DNA from: Octopus bimaculoides
Lineage: Eukaryota
Reading direction: 5' to 3'
DNA: 33,088 nt
Assembly: GCF_001194135.2 (NCBI RefSeq)
Contig: NC_068997.1
Span: 6,178,561 to 6,211,648 of the forward strand
Of this stretch, positions 1 to 11,099 are shown one piece after another. How positions within the stretch are numbered: the first letter of the stretch is position 1; the number at the start of each line of letters is the position of its first letter. Below the pieces are notes generated by a model. It was not told the DNA's origin and did not search any database. It worked only from the letters and a program-made list of their open reading frames with translations. The position numbers were made by a program, and so were the translations under genes.

Positions 1-116
<116 letters not shown>

Positions 117-241
117 GGCAGCAAGCTGGCAGAATATGTTAAGAATATGAAAGTTTGAATATCTTTGATCAAAGGTCTGCTCAAACAAGATTGGCTTGAA
201 TTTAAACAATAAAGAGGGAGACACAGATAGATAAATAGATA

Positions 242-365
242 TAAAGAGAGGGAGAGAGACGGAAGGGGAAAGGAAGAGAGAGAGAGAAAGGGGAGAGAGG
301 GAGGGAGATGAGAGAGAGAGAGAGAGAGAAAGGGGAGAGAGGGAGGGAGATGAGAGAGAGAGAGG
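242..365. repeat. GA-rich low-complexity tract with an internal ~45-bp duplication
   Basis: GAGAGAGAAAGGGGAGAGAGGGAGGGAGATGAGAGAG occurs twice; ORF 202..432 is an artefact of this tract. Confidence 0.9.
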
Positions 366-414
366 GAGCGCTGCTATGTTCTGACCATTCTTGTTCCAAC
401 TCCTCTGTGGCCAT

Positions 415-835
415 CACAGAAATATCGGCCAAAATTTACCTCAAACCACAATTAAATTAAGTTGGAGATATTGAATAATTACGGTGCTGATTTACAAAAG
501 ATGGGACAGTTATGATTGGAACATTTTGATCACATGTTTGCTTAATGAGGGTTAAACAACAACAGCATCATCATCATCAAAAGCAGCAGCAGAACCACTA
601 CCACCACCACCACCACCACCACTACCACCTCACCAACAAAAACAACATAAAATAAGAGGCTAGACAAGAACTGTTTTGAACAATGTCGTTGCGGATATAC
701 AAAAAATGAGATGGTTATGACTGGAACATTTTTGATCGTGGGTCTGCTCAATTAGGCCTAAACAACTACAACAACTGCAGCAGCAGCAGCAACAACAGCA
801 ACAACAACAGCAACAGCACCAGCAGTACCATCAAC
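415..835 (+). mobile_element. Two tandem degraded copies of a SINE-like repeat ending in (CAA)n ('family C'), with CAN triplet tails
   Basis: ATGGTTATGA(T/C)TGGAACATTTTTGATC...CTGCT...TAAACAAC occurs at ~505-560 and ~710-770. A third partial copy lies at ~140-207, and the same motif occurs at 19455-19630(-) and 30735-30912(+). Confidence 0.7.
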
Positions 836-1569
836 AATGATGGACATAAATTAAGAGGGAAGACAAGAATGATTTCCACATTTCCCCACTTTCCTACCGT
901 AATCAGAACCATAAACCACAGTATGGCATATTGGAGACCCCAGATAGGCTGGGGGGATATCAGAATTACTAGGTCTGCAGCTCACACCTTCATTCTTGAA
1001 AAGTTCCTTACATCTTATGAACCCTCTTTAGCCAAAAGACAAAGAGTAAATCTATTAAATCTTTTCCCTTCATTGTTGCACTAAGCCACTGGCGCCAAAA
1101 TCGGGAGATATTTATTCTCTCTCGGATTCGTTTAAAGATGAAGTTTATGTCGTTGTATCGAACATCCTCATTCAAGATATGATAATCCATGATTACCTCC
1201 GGAATTGTCAGAAAGTCTGGCAATCGTAGAAAGTAGATGACTCTCTGATTATCAGATCAGATTAATCAAAAGAGACAGATGAAAATGTCTGGGATGGTCA
1301 TCTTTTGCCAATTAAAAACACACACTATATATTTGGTCTTCACTTCAGCTTTATTATCATTATTTTAGTTTCTTTGTCAAACTTCATTCGTCACATCCCC
1401 TGTGACCTCTTCAGTGGCTCTCTATCCTAGTGTCTCCTCTTGTTCTGCTTATTCTATTTTGTCGTTGAAGAGGTCACAGGATGAGTGACGATAGAGCTTT
1501 GACAAAAAAACTAAAATAATAATAACAAAACTGAAGTGAAAACCAAATATACAGTACGTCTGTTTAATT

Positions 1570-1660
1570 GGCGAAATATAACTGTCTCCAAGTATAACAA
1601 TATCTGTTTCAACACACGATTTTATACCAAGAATCTTGCAAAACAAATGCATAAACGCAA
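1570..1660 (+). repeat. Dispersed repeat ('family F') copy
   Basis: TATAACAATATCTGTTTCAACACACGATTTT is repeated as TATAACAATATTTGTTTTAACACACGGTTTC at ~2490-2520. Confidence 0.65.
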
Positions 1661-1708
1661 TTAGTAATTTGCATGAAAGGGAAGAAACAGAACTTATCAA
1701 TGCAATAG

Positions 1709-1755
1709 AGTTACCTCCCTTAACTATCAAAAATAGTGGTCAAAGGGAGATAACT
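1709..1755. repeat. AGTTACCTCCCTT...AAGGGAGATAACT stem-loop repeat, with an inverted copy at 4268-4300
   Basis: 13-bp arms with 1-2 mismatches. The 4268-4300 copy is the reverse complement with a shorter loop. Resembles subterminal hairpins of non-autonomous rolling-circle or DNA elements (inference). Confidence 0.6.
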
Positions 1756-2301
1756 ATTTGAAACGCATGGATTTTTGTTTTTCAGCAAAATGTACGAAGA
1801 ATCATACTTGTACAATTAAATAATTATTGCGAAGTCGCCTAGAGTTGTTGTTTATCACAATGGCATCCTTTCCCAAACAGAACTGACATAAAAGGTGTTT
1901 TAGCGGTGTCCATCAGAACTTTTTTTATATTAGAGATTGCATTATCCAATTTATCGTTCCTTACTGGCTCCCACACAACTTAAACGAGTCGTGGCAGTGT
2001 GTTTGCAAACTCGCACTACCTCCGTGGTGGGTAGTCTCATTATTTCTTTCCTGTGAGCCTTTTGGGAGCTGACACGCTATGATTACTTAAGCTTGTGATT
2101 GTGGTACCCTAGAACAACAGTTTCCCCCACTATATTTTATTATTTTTTATTTTCGCTTTTCTCTTGATTTTCAAATTTATATTAAACTGGGTTTCGACCC
2201 GTAACGAGCTAAAATAAAAGACTGGGAAAATAGAAAATATAATTAGAACAGACAGTAACAAATGTCCGCCAGTAGATCATGGTTAAAAACACGATCTATG
2301 C

Positions 2302-2625
2302 CAGTGGTTCTAATCCATTTTCTTGCCTATGGACCCATTTGGTTCCTATTTCATATTGCCGTACTGTTATATTTCGGGACGGTCATTTCTTTTTTGCTAA
2401 ATAAACACACGCACTATATATTCATTCTTCACTCGTTTATTATTGTTCTTAAGACAAAATAAGAACAATAATAAATGACCAACCCGAAATATAACAATAT
2501 TTGTTTTAACACACGGTTTCACATCAAAAATCTTGTATTTTTATAATTAATCAAATATTATTTAGAACTTGCACAGAAATTTTAACAATAAAAATTTATG
2601 TGGACCCCTTCCCCCCAAAGGGCCG
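2302..2625 (+). mobile_element. hAT-type MITE (CAGTGGTTCT terminus) interrupted by a palindromic insertion at ~2361-2540
   Basis: Starts CAGTGGTTCTAATCC...ATGGACCC. The internal TTGCACAGAAATTTTAACAATAAAA...ATGTGGACCCC matches the reverse complement of 5198-5436. Confidence 0.65.
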
Positions 2626-2829
2626 TACAGACACCGATCTTTACCTCAATTATGATTTAGTGCCTCACCTCCGAAAACATTATGGAGCTCATATCATATA
2701 AGGATCCCGGAGCAAAACGAGAAATGAAGTCCGGGAGCCAATGTATTACGAAATTAGGGTGAAATGTGAGAGAAACACGGCTGCTGTTTTTAAGAAATCA
2801 GGCAATTGCGCAGAGACTGCCACCTTAAT

Positions 2830-3800
2830 TTGGGCCTTGAAGTGTTTTCACGTTCGGTGAGGCCCGAATATGTCCCTCCCCGAAATTAATGCAAAATTAG
2901 TGTCAGCAGCTTTATAGTTTTCTCACAGAAGTATCAAATCTATATAAGCTAATATATATTGAACGACATGGCTTTCCCAGGGTCCCATACCATCAAATGG
3001 AAGCGAAGTGGTCTGTTGAGATCATTAACATCTTTCAATTGCTAAATAGTTATACTGCCAGACTTCAATTCGTTGCTGCACTGTGTCCAGGTCAGCTTGC
3101 TGAATGATTTATTGGATATAGAATTCGTTCTTTTCATGTCAAGATCTAGCTTAATGTTGTTTGCGTATGTTAGCACAGTACCATGCTTCAAGTTAGCATA
3201 TATTTTGCTAATATACACAACAAACAACAGGGTACAGAGAACGGATGTCTGCAGGACACCAGATGTCATTACATAAAGTGCAGAATGTAGTCCTAGTACA
3301 GGGACTACCTCTTTCATCCGAGAATAATTAGCTTTCACACCCATTTCAGAGCGAATGATTAGCTTTCACAACCTTTTCAGAAAGGTTTGCCATATTTTGC
3401 TTTTGTTATAGAGAATTAAAGGTTTCGGTTAAATCAAGACAGATATAATCACTCATGAGCTACCATCTGTGATTCAGGTGATGTTCTGAAGAAATTCAGT
3501 GAAATGGCCACAGTAGCTGCAGGTAGGGATAAATCCAAATTGTGAGGGTTGACCTTTCTGAATAAAGGAATAACGCAGGAAACTTTTCACTCTTCTGGAG
3601 AAAAGCAGGATTAGAAGAGGAGTGAGAGCTGATGCATTAGAAAGAGGTCACCATGACAGAAATGTAGATAAGCAACAGAATCAAGATCGGGGAAGGCATA
3701 ATTGTGCACACGTTCAAGGTGGAATTACAGTACTGAAGGAGCAAATTCAACAGATGCTATGGAATTTGGTGTCAGTAGTAGTGAAGATGGTATATTTTGA
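2830..3800 (-). mobile_element. Degenerate CR1/L2/Jockey-group LINE reverse transcriptase remnant
   Basis: Minus-strand translation across frameshifts gives motifs in canonical order: QFGF, DYICLDLTETFNSL (cf. D.IYLDFSKAFDSV), TSGVLQTSVLCTLLFVVYI (cf. SGVPQGSVLGPLLF.IYI), YANNIKL (cf. YADD.KL), then AMSFN. Multiple stops; boundaries approximate. Confidence 0.85.
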
Positions 3801-4789
3801 TATCTAACAGCAAAAATGTCAGCATAACATTCAGTAACAAGTTCTCACTCTGTGGGATCATTTATCATCTGACATACATGAAAATTGCGAAGAGGGAGGA
3901 CTGGAGAGTAAGGCCCCTATTTCGAACGTATATATTTGCTATGCGTTGCTTAAATATAAGTACTGCCTTTTAGCTACCTGCTCGATATGGCTGGACACCT
4001 TGGCTACTCAAACACAATCTACAGTTATAACGGCTCGGTACCTTGAGTTCTTGCTAAGATTAAAGTATAACATACTTCTTTTATACGATATGGTCCATAT
4101 TTGGGACCATAAGAATTAAACTAATTTTTAGATTTAAGGACATGCACCACGTTTGTCAGAGGTTGAAATTTGGCATTGCAACAATTGTAGGGTTCACTCT
4201 TTGTCCCACTTGCAAAATAACCCCCAAAATATAAATAAATAAGAGACAGAACAACCTGTGAAACTGTAGTTATCGCCCTTGAGCTTTAAGGGAGGTAACT
4301 CTCGACTGCTACTTAAACCTTGCAAATTTATACTTTTCAAAAAATATTCTTTCTTTAATGCATACGCTACTTAGGTACATTATCTATTGAAAATAAGACG
4401 AAACAATATTCTCGATTTCCAATTCACTGATCGTGAGATCAAATCGTTTGCTAGTTATTTCTTATTGCCTCTGGCTAGAACAATTTATCCAATGTGCCTA
4501 AATTCACATATACAAACGACTTTTGGGGAAGTTAGCATGTGTTCGTCTAGTTTCCGCTCTAAAGTGAGATTTGTCCCATCAGTTAAATAACACAACAGAA
4601 GCTGGGATTTAGGTATTGATCCTGTGGATTGTGCAATGATCAATGTTGAATTTGTTAAACTGATAGGCAATTTGTGGCGGTTAGCACTGTCGGTGGGATA
4701 GATATATTACCAGATATATATTACTGGTACACATAGGATTGAGACTTATTGATTCTCCACACCCAGAGTTGATCTTGATGCAATGACTA

Positions 4790-4898
4790 GTGGTAATGGT
4801 GGTGGTGGTGGTGGTGGTAGTAGTAGTAGTAGTAGGAGTAATAGTTGTGGAGGTGATAGTAATAGCAGCAGCAGCAGCAGTAATAGTAGTAGTAGTAT
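4790..4898. repeat. Compound triplet microsatellite (GGT/AGT/AGC)
   Basis: Seen directly; explains ORFs 4681..4987. Confidence 0.95.
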
Positions 4899-5050
4899 CC
4901 GAGGTCAACTTTGCTTTTCATCCTTCGAGGTTGATAAATTAAGTACCAGTTGCGTACTGAGGTCGATAAACTAAGTACCAGCTGCATACTGAGGTCGAGT
5001 TAATCGACTGGCACCCCCTCCCCCAAAATTTCGGGCCTTGTGCCTTGAGT
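4899..5050 (+). mobile_element. SINE family A, 3' half, with an internal 32-bp tandem duplication
   Basis: CCGAGGTCAACTTTGCTTTTCATCC...GGCCTTGTGCC tail; duplicated unit at 4927-4958 and 4959-4990. Confidence 0.85.
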
Positions 5051-5077
5051 AGAAAAGAATATAGTTATATGCAGACA

Positions 5078-5198
5078 AAGCGGCGAGCTGGCAGAATCGT
5101 TAGCACGCCGGGCAAAATGCTTAACTGCATTTCGTTCATCTTCACGTTCCGAGTTCAAATTCCGCCGAGTTCAAATTCCGCCGAGTTCAAATTCCGCT
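5078..5198 (+). mobile_element. SINE family A, 5' half (tRNA-derived head), with a triplicated B-box
   Basis: GGCGAGCTGGCAGAATCGTTAGCACGCCGGGCAAAATGCTTA head; GAGTTCAAATTCCGCC x3 at 5151-5198. Confidence 0.9.
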
Positions 5199-5436
5199 GG
5201 GGTCCATATGACACTTGGGAGTTCATTCAAGATTTTGTTGTTAAAATTTATGTGCAATAAATTGGATTTGCATTTACAATTCACAGAATACTTTGACAAT
5301 TTTTAATACGCATCCTAAAGATATTTAATTATAGAAATATAATGGGGCTTTGTAAACATGGAATGGCTATGAGGGTCCACCCAAGTAAAATAAGAATCAA
5401 AGGGGTCTACATGTAAAAACTGGCTGAGAACCACTG
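5198..5436 (-). mobile_element. hAT-type MITE, inverted relative to the 2302 copy
   Basis: Ends GGCTGAGAACCACTG (reverse complement CAGTGGTTCTCAGCC) and shares internal sequence with 2302-2625. Confidence 0.65.
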
Positions 5437-5534
5437 TGCCATTTCATCCCCAATTAAGCAGACCTATTGTAATCAAAAACGTCCCACTCATAACCATCTT
5501 GTCTTTATTTACAACTAAATGTAATTAGAACTTC

Positions 5535-5680
5535 GGCGTCGAGCTGGTAGAGTTCTTAGAGCGTCAACTTTTGCTGTGGTGTTGATAAGATAAAGTACCT
5601 GTCAAGTACAGGGGTCACTGGTATTGATTAAAGCCTTTCCTTTAAAACTTCTGGCCTTGTGCCAAAATTAAACACAATAG
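5535..5680 (+). mobile_element. Degraded, internally deleted SINE family A
   Basis: GGCGTCGAGCTGGTAGA head; GATAAGATAAAGTACC and GGCCTTGTGCCAAAATT tail. Confidence 0.7.
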
Positions 5681-6342
5681 AGACAGCGACCTGGGGGTCG
5701 ACCCACAATACTCCTTTGTACGAGAATCAGAGAAGGGTTCATGAGACCCCCAGTATTCATTTCACCATGAGAAACTGATGTGTTACTGAAAGTGTCCGAG
5801 GCCGGCTCCGATGTATAACAATGAAAGAAGAAAAATGTTTAGAACTACGTTTAAACAACGTGTCCTAGATAATTTTCTTTAAGAAATTTGGCTGTTATTA
5901 CAAACAGATCGTATCTTTCAGTTCGATCCGCAGGAGTGTAACATATATTAACTGTTCAGAGTGAATCAAACTCCGCCGAGGTCAACTTTACCTATTATCT
6001 TTTGGGGCAGCGGGTGGGTGGTCGATAAAAAGAAAACTGCACCAATCCAGAGTGATTAATTGTTTAATGTAAGAAAGTCACAACATTGGAAACATCGCAG
6101 TATTTCTTTCAACTCTTTGTTTTCCGAGGTCAAATCCTATCATAGCCTGCATGAGTGACAGACTGAATTTATTGCTTGGCTTAACAGAGTATCACCTGAC
6201 AGGCAGGGGGTGCTTTTAACGAGGTCTACTTTGTTGTAAACACTCTGACCACATCTCCGGTTTGGCCAGTGGACTTGTGAAGGGACTAATTAAGCAAAAA
6301 AAAAAAACGTTTTAACAATGACGATGTTTAACAATACGTGAT

Positions 6343-6373
6343 ATACATACATACATATATGTAGAGAGAGAGA

Positions 6374-6468
<95 letters not shown>
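6343..6468. repeat. (TACA)n followed by a long (GA)n microsatellite
   Basis: Seen directly. Confidence 0.98.
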
Positions 6469-6471
<3 letters not shown>

Positions 6472-6519
6472 TAGTTCTAAATCTTTGAGCGAGAAATATA
6501 TAGTAACAGTACCGAACAG

Positions 6520-6985
6520 TAAAATCTATTTGCCAACACAATGTGACAGTCCTACACAGGACTATGTTACTCCTTTTTAGCCCCAGGAAAGCTGGTTACC
6601 GACACATGGTCTGTGTTCGTATACTATGAGCAAGGGAGTTTATTGCTCCCTTTCTAGCCTTAGCGATACCTGTAAACCAATGGCTTCTGAGTTATTTCTC
6701 TTCCTCGGTACAGGACAATCATCGGCTAGAGATGGCAGCTACTCGACCTTGCTCATAGTTTATACTTTTAAAGCAATACACAGTCGCTGGTCTCGTAAAG
6801 AGAAAAACAACTAGTTTTAAATCTCTCGCTAAGGATAGAAAGGGAGCAATAAACTCCCTTGCTCATAGTATACGGACACAGACCATGTGTCGGTAGCCAG
6901 CTGGAAAAGATGTTTTCCTGGGGATAAAAAAGTAGTAACATCGTCCTGTGTAGGATTGCCACATTGTGTTGACAAATAGACTTTA
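6520..6985. mobile_element. Fold-back / long-TIR non-autonomous element 1
   Basis: Arms 6520-6666 and 6826-6985 are reverse complements with scattered substitutions and one ~12-bp indel; ~159-bp spacer; TA at both outer ends. Confidence 0.9.
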
Positions 6986-7000
6986 TTATACATATATATA

Positions 7001-7110
7001 CCCCACCAAATTAAAACATATCCTTCTTCGGGTGAAGTCTTGTTTCGGAGGTCTTTTATGGTGGTTCGCCGTGCTTCCCGCTTGATCCTTCCCGCTTCAT
7101 CTTGTCATAC
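7001..7110 (-). mobile_element. Short mariner transposase fragment
   Basis: Direct repeat of 8312-8418, the segment encoding the KAGLHPKKIM-like mariner motif. Confidence 0.8.
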
Positions 7111-7254
7111 ATCTTGTCATACATACACACACTACCGTAGCTAGAGAGTGTGCCGCCCAGGGTGGCCCTTCCCTTTGCTGCCCCCGGACCCCACAAAAAA
7201 ATACATATTGCCTAAAGCAGATCCAAACGTGCCATCTCTTTAAAAATGCAGCCC

Positions 7255-7343
7255 GGGTCGGACCGCCCCTACCGCCCCTACCGTCCCCCTACCGCCCCTA
7301 TCGCTCCTACTGCCCCTACACACACACACAAATACACACACAC
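7255..7343. repeat. GC-rich 9-bp tandem (ACCGCCCCT)n and (CA)n abutting an assembly gap (N 7344-7475)
   Basis: About six degenerate ACCGCCCCT units, seen directly. Confidence 0.85.
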
Positions 7344-7662
7344 NNNNNNNNNNNNNNNNNNNNNNNNNNNNNNNNNNNNNNNNNNNNNNNNNNNNNNNNN
7401 NNNNNNNNNNNNNNNNNNNNNNNNNNNNNNNNNNNNNNNNNNNNNNNNNNNNNNNNNNNNNNNNNNNNNNNNNNNAAATAGTGTTTAAAATTTACGACAG
7501 CTTTTTCTTTAGAATTTCATTGATGTATTCATAAATTACATCATTGCATATAATACACCATCTTCAGGTACACATACATACAACACAACGTTAACCTTAT
7601 CGAGAACATATTTGCTGTTATAAACTCCCATTTTATCATCATCATTATTATTATTATTTCGT

Positions 7663-7884
7663 AAGGCGGTGAGCTGGTAGAATCGTTAGCACGCCGGGCA
7701 AACTGCTTAGCAACTTTTCGCCCGGCCTTACGTTCTGAGTTCAAATGCCGCTGAGGTTGACTTTGTTTTCATCCTTTCGGGGTCGATAAAATAAGCACAA
7801 GTCAAGAACTGGGGTCAATGTAATCGACTTAATTCCCTTCCCCGAACATGCTGGCCTTGTGTCAAAATTTGAAACCATTATTAT
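7663..7884 (+). mobile_element. Full-length SINE family A
   Basis: AAGGCGGTGAGCTGGTAGAATCGTTAGCACGCCGGGC head, B-box-like GAGTTCAAATGCC, tail GGCCTTGTGTCAAAATTTGAAACC followed by (ATT)n. Confidence 0.92.
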
Positions 7885-7888
7885 ATTG

Positions 7889-9067
7889 TATTGGGATGGC
7901 TATAAAGTCCGTGCATTTTCTTTTTTTTTTTGTAAAAATAAGACACAAGTTTTAAAAACAAAGCGATTAAATTAAGTCAATGATAGTATTACCGTTTTGT
8001 TTCAGTACCTTTTGCCATCTTGTGGGCAGATCTATTATTCTTTGCTCGAAGAATTTTCTGGTCTGTCTATTCAATGGATTAGTGGAAATCTGAAAGTGAA
8101 GGTCAGGCGAATATGAAGGGCACAGTAAAACTTCTCAGCCAAACCCTACTAATTTCTGTCCCGTCTGCAAAGAAGTGTGCAGTTTGGCATTTCCTTACGA
8201 TTAGCAAGTGCTGGACGCTGCGTTTTAATTGTCCAGCTGGTCACGGTACACATCCAAATCGACAGTTCTGTTCGTGAGAAGAAGTTCGTAAAAGACAACA
8301 CCATTCCAACTCCACCAAATTAAAACATAATCTTCTTCGGGTGAAGTCCTGCTTTGGAGGTCGTTTATGGTGGTTCGCCGCGCTTCCCCCTTGATCGTAT
8401 CCGCCTCATCTTGTTATAGACGATATGCTTTTCGTCCCCTCTCACCACTCTTAAAAAATGAATCTTCACGTTTCTACGACAACTCGCAGATAGAGAACCG
8501 TTGGGCAAGGTTAGCCTCATTCAATTGCTGAGGGACACAAATCGAGCCTGCTGACGTAACCAAGTTGATGCAAATGGTTTTCAACACCCGATTTAGATAT
8601 CTGGAGGATATCTGCGACCATCCTGTTCGTATAACGGATATTTATGTTGACAAACTCCTTCATTTTGTAACTGTTAATCTTAGTTGGCCAGCAAGAACGT
8701 GGTGTGTCTTGAACCGAAAAATTTCTCAATAGAAATCGTGAAAACCACTTCTGGCACATACGTTCCGTAATAGCATCCTCTCCGTACACAGTACATACCT
8801 TCCAGAAGGTTTCTGTCGTTTTCTTGCCTATTTTAAAATAGAAAAGTATGAGGTGTCGATAATGTTCGTTTTGGTTCCCCATTTTCAGGGTGATTTCAAG
8901 TATACAAAATACAACCTGTCTCGTCGCAAATTAGCACCGAACTACTTAGAAGTGTCAAGTATCTAACGAGTGCACAGGCGTATAGGACAGACTGAAGTAG
9001 CTACTTATGAGAGTACTCGAAGATTAGTGTCGACAAAAACCGAACCGACTTTTTGCACAATCCAATA
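7889..9067 (-). mobile_element. Mariner (Tc1/mariner) transposon, internally deleted, transposase pseudogene
   Basis: ORF 8882-8517 encodes a mariner HTH N-terminus (EHYRHLILFYF...VYGEDAITERMCQKWFSRF). Downstream across frameshifts: VRGDEKHIVYN, KAGLHPKKIM, PSYSPDL and LPTRWQKVLKQNG. Imperfect ~30-bp TIRs (TATTGGGATGGCTATAAAGTCC versus reverse complement TATTGGATTGTGCAAAAAGTCG) with TA at both ends. Confidence 0.93.
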
Positions 9068-9237
9068 CTACAAAAAGTATCAACGATATCGTTGTACAAC
9101 CACAATGTATGTGCAGAAGAAACTGAGTCAGTGGGTAGGTCACAGATGTATAACGAAATCTTTTGACACTTTAGAATATTTTAAATTGTAGACATAATAT
9201 GTATTATAGAAAGTAAAGAAAAAGGAACTATAACGAT

Positions 9238-9471
9238 AGATGTGTGTGTGTATGTGTGTGTATTCGTTTGTGTGAGTGAGTGAGTGTGTGTGTATGTAAG
9301 TATGTGTGTGTGTTTGCATTAAATGGAATATCGTGACACTTCAACGATGTAATTGTTTTAATTTCAATATATGATCTCAGAACAACGCTCTCCTTCTGTA
9401 TCCCCCTCTCTCTCTCCCTCCCTCTCCCTCTCTTTCCCATGACATACATACACTTGCACACACACACGTAC

Positions 9472-9503
<32 letters not shown>

Positions 9504-9660
9504 AGATTTATGTATGTATGTATGCACGTGTGTATACACACGTACACACACACACACTCTCACATACACGCACACACGCGTACACACAACGAACACCTCT
9601 CTCTTCCTGACATGTATAAATACTTTAATACTTATTAGACAGACAGACAGACATGTGTAC
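9238..9660. repeat. Compound microsatellite cluster (TG, CT, TATC, TATG, CA, GACA)
   Basis: Seen directly. Confidence 0.95.
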
Positions 9661-10544
9661 AAGAGTGACAGAATGACGATGTGACTAAACCAGAGTAAAG
9701 AGTGCCTCATTTCTAGAACACTGTATATCTGTGTGTGCATATATTTATGTGTGTGTTTGTGTGTGTGAATAGACGCGCTTTACAACAAAAACAAAAAAAA
9801 AAAGAAAAGAAAAGAAGATAAAAGAAAAAAATCATCGTGTCGTTGAAAATATCTCCCACCTCTGACCGGAACACTTTTTTCTTTCTTTTCACCAAAATCA
9901 ACAATACTACTTCCGTTTACTTGCACAATTGCTTCGAAACTCAACACTGGGGAAATCCGGCAGAAATGAAACAAATTCGACATGAGTGGAAGATAGAAAT
10001 ATGTGATTTGAATGCCATCGTTAACTGGGACAGAGATCGTTTATTTGATCTTATATAGTGTTATTATAACTGCTTGTCAATGTGACGTCCTTATTAATAA
10101 GTAATTAATCATAAACGGTTTGTAAAAGCGACGCAAACGAGGCAGCCCAGATGGATGGTTTCCCAGGTGAAATAAATAATGATATATTTTAGTCCTGTTG
10201 TGTGAGCTATAGTTTATTAACCCCGTAGTGGGACCGTGGTTCGAGAGTTCCAGGGCTTTGAGAAGTGTGGAACCATCTCTTAGTCACGATTCCCCGGTTT
10301 ATTCTGACCCGGAGTAGTTGCACTTGTCAAGCCAATATACGATGAAATCATGGGATGCATCATGGTGAATGTGAACCTGTTTCGACAGATACATTTATTG
10401 AATCAATGGCGAGTGTCACCAGATGCTGAGCGAATGAACAGAAAACAAATTGCGTCTGTCATCGATAAGACCAAACAAGGTGAAATCACGTGTTCTGGTG
10501 ATCTCAGTACTGGAGGTAGCGAGGATTTATCTCCCTGCTAGCTA

Positions 10545-10994
10545 TATAAACAAGAGTGCATTTTTCTCCAAAAAGAAAGCCTATATGAGAGTTTCTCTCA
10601 TGGTAACTACCGCATGGTAACTATTAGAAACGTGGATGTCCTAATAGAACATTCACGTTTAAGTAGGAATAAATATTACCTCTCGGTGTTAATATTGTCT
10701 CTGTCGCTAATATATATATTTTTAACAAGCTGACTGGCTAATCATGACACCAGCACCCGTCCTTGTGCTGTCGATCTATACATCGATGGCGGGGAGATGA
10801 ACTGCTGCTGTCTCTAGCGGTGAAGTGTCCATCATTGACAAGTCCTAATGAGGTCGAAATCACATGATCTGGCGATATAAACAAGAGTGCATTTGCACAA
10901 AAAGGCCAATACGAGAGTTTCTCACACAGTGACTACCGCATTAAAGTTTGTTCTAATCGAACATCTACGTTTAAGTGGGAATAAATATTACCTC
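10545..10994 (+). repeat. Diverged direct repeats (10545-10682 and 10876-10994), possibly LTR remnants
   Basis: Both run TATAAACAAGAGTGCATTT...ACTACCGCAT...ACGTTTAAGT(A/G)GGAATAAATATTACCTC. TATA-like and AATAAA signals are in LTR order. No TSD found. Confidence 0.6.
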
Positions 10995-11099
10995 AAAACA
11001 ACAAACTAGCAACGGTCATGATCAGCCGGTTCAGTTAGCGAACTACTATTATCAACTGTATTCATGTCATGCACAGATGAGATATTTCAGCCAATGAAA

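Noticed and set aside
841-1230. ORF 1008..1223(-) and flanks as a possible L1/Tx1-type RT remnant
   Set aside because: Only a vague resemblance (YLGSPI, W-containing helix) and no diagnostic motif series, so I cannot support a call without an HMM search.
4485-4760. Minus-strand ORFs as a LINE C-terminus
   Set aside because: No recognisable motif.
2302-5436. One large composite hAT transposon bounded by CAGTGGTTCT termini
   Set aside because: Flanks (ATCTATGC versus TGCCATTT) form no 8-bp TSD, and internal homology shows two separate inverted MITE copies.
9837-10058. 73-aa ORF in unique sequence
   Set aside because: No splice-site framing or recognisable motif; length expected by chance.
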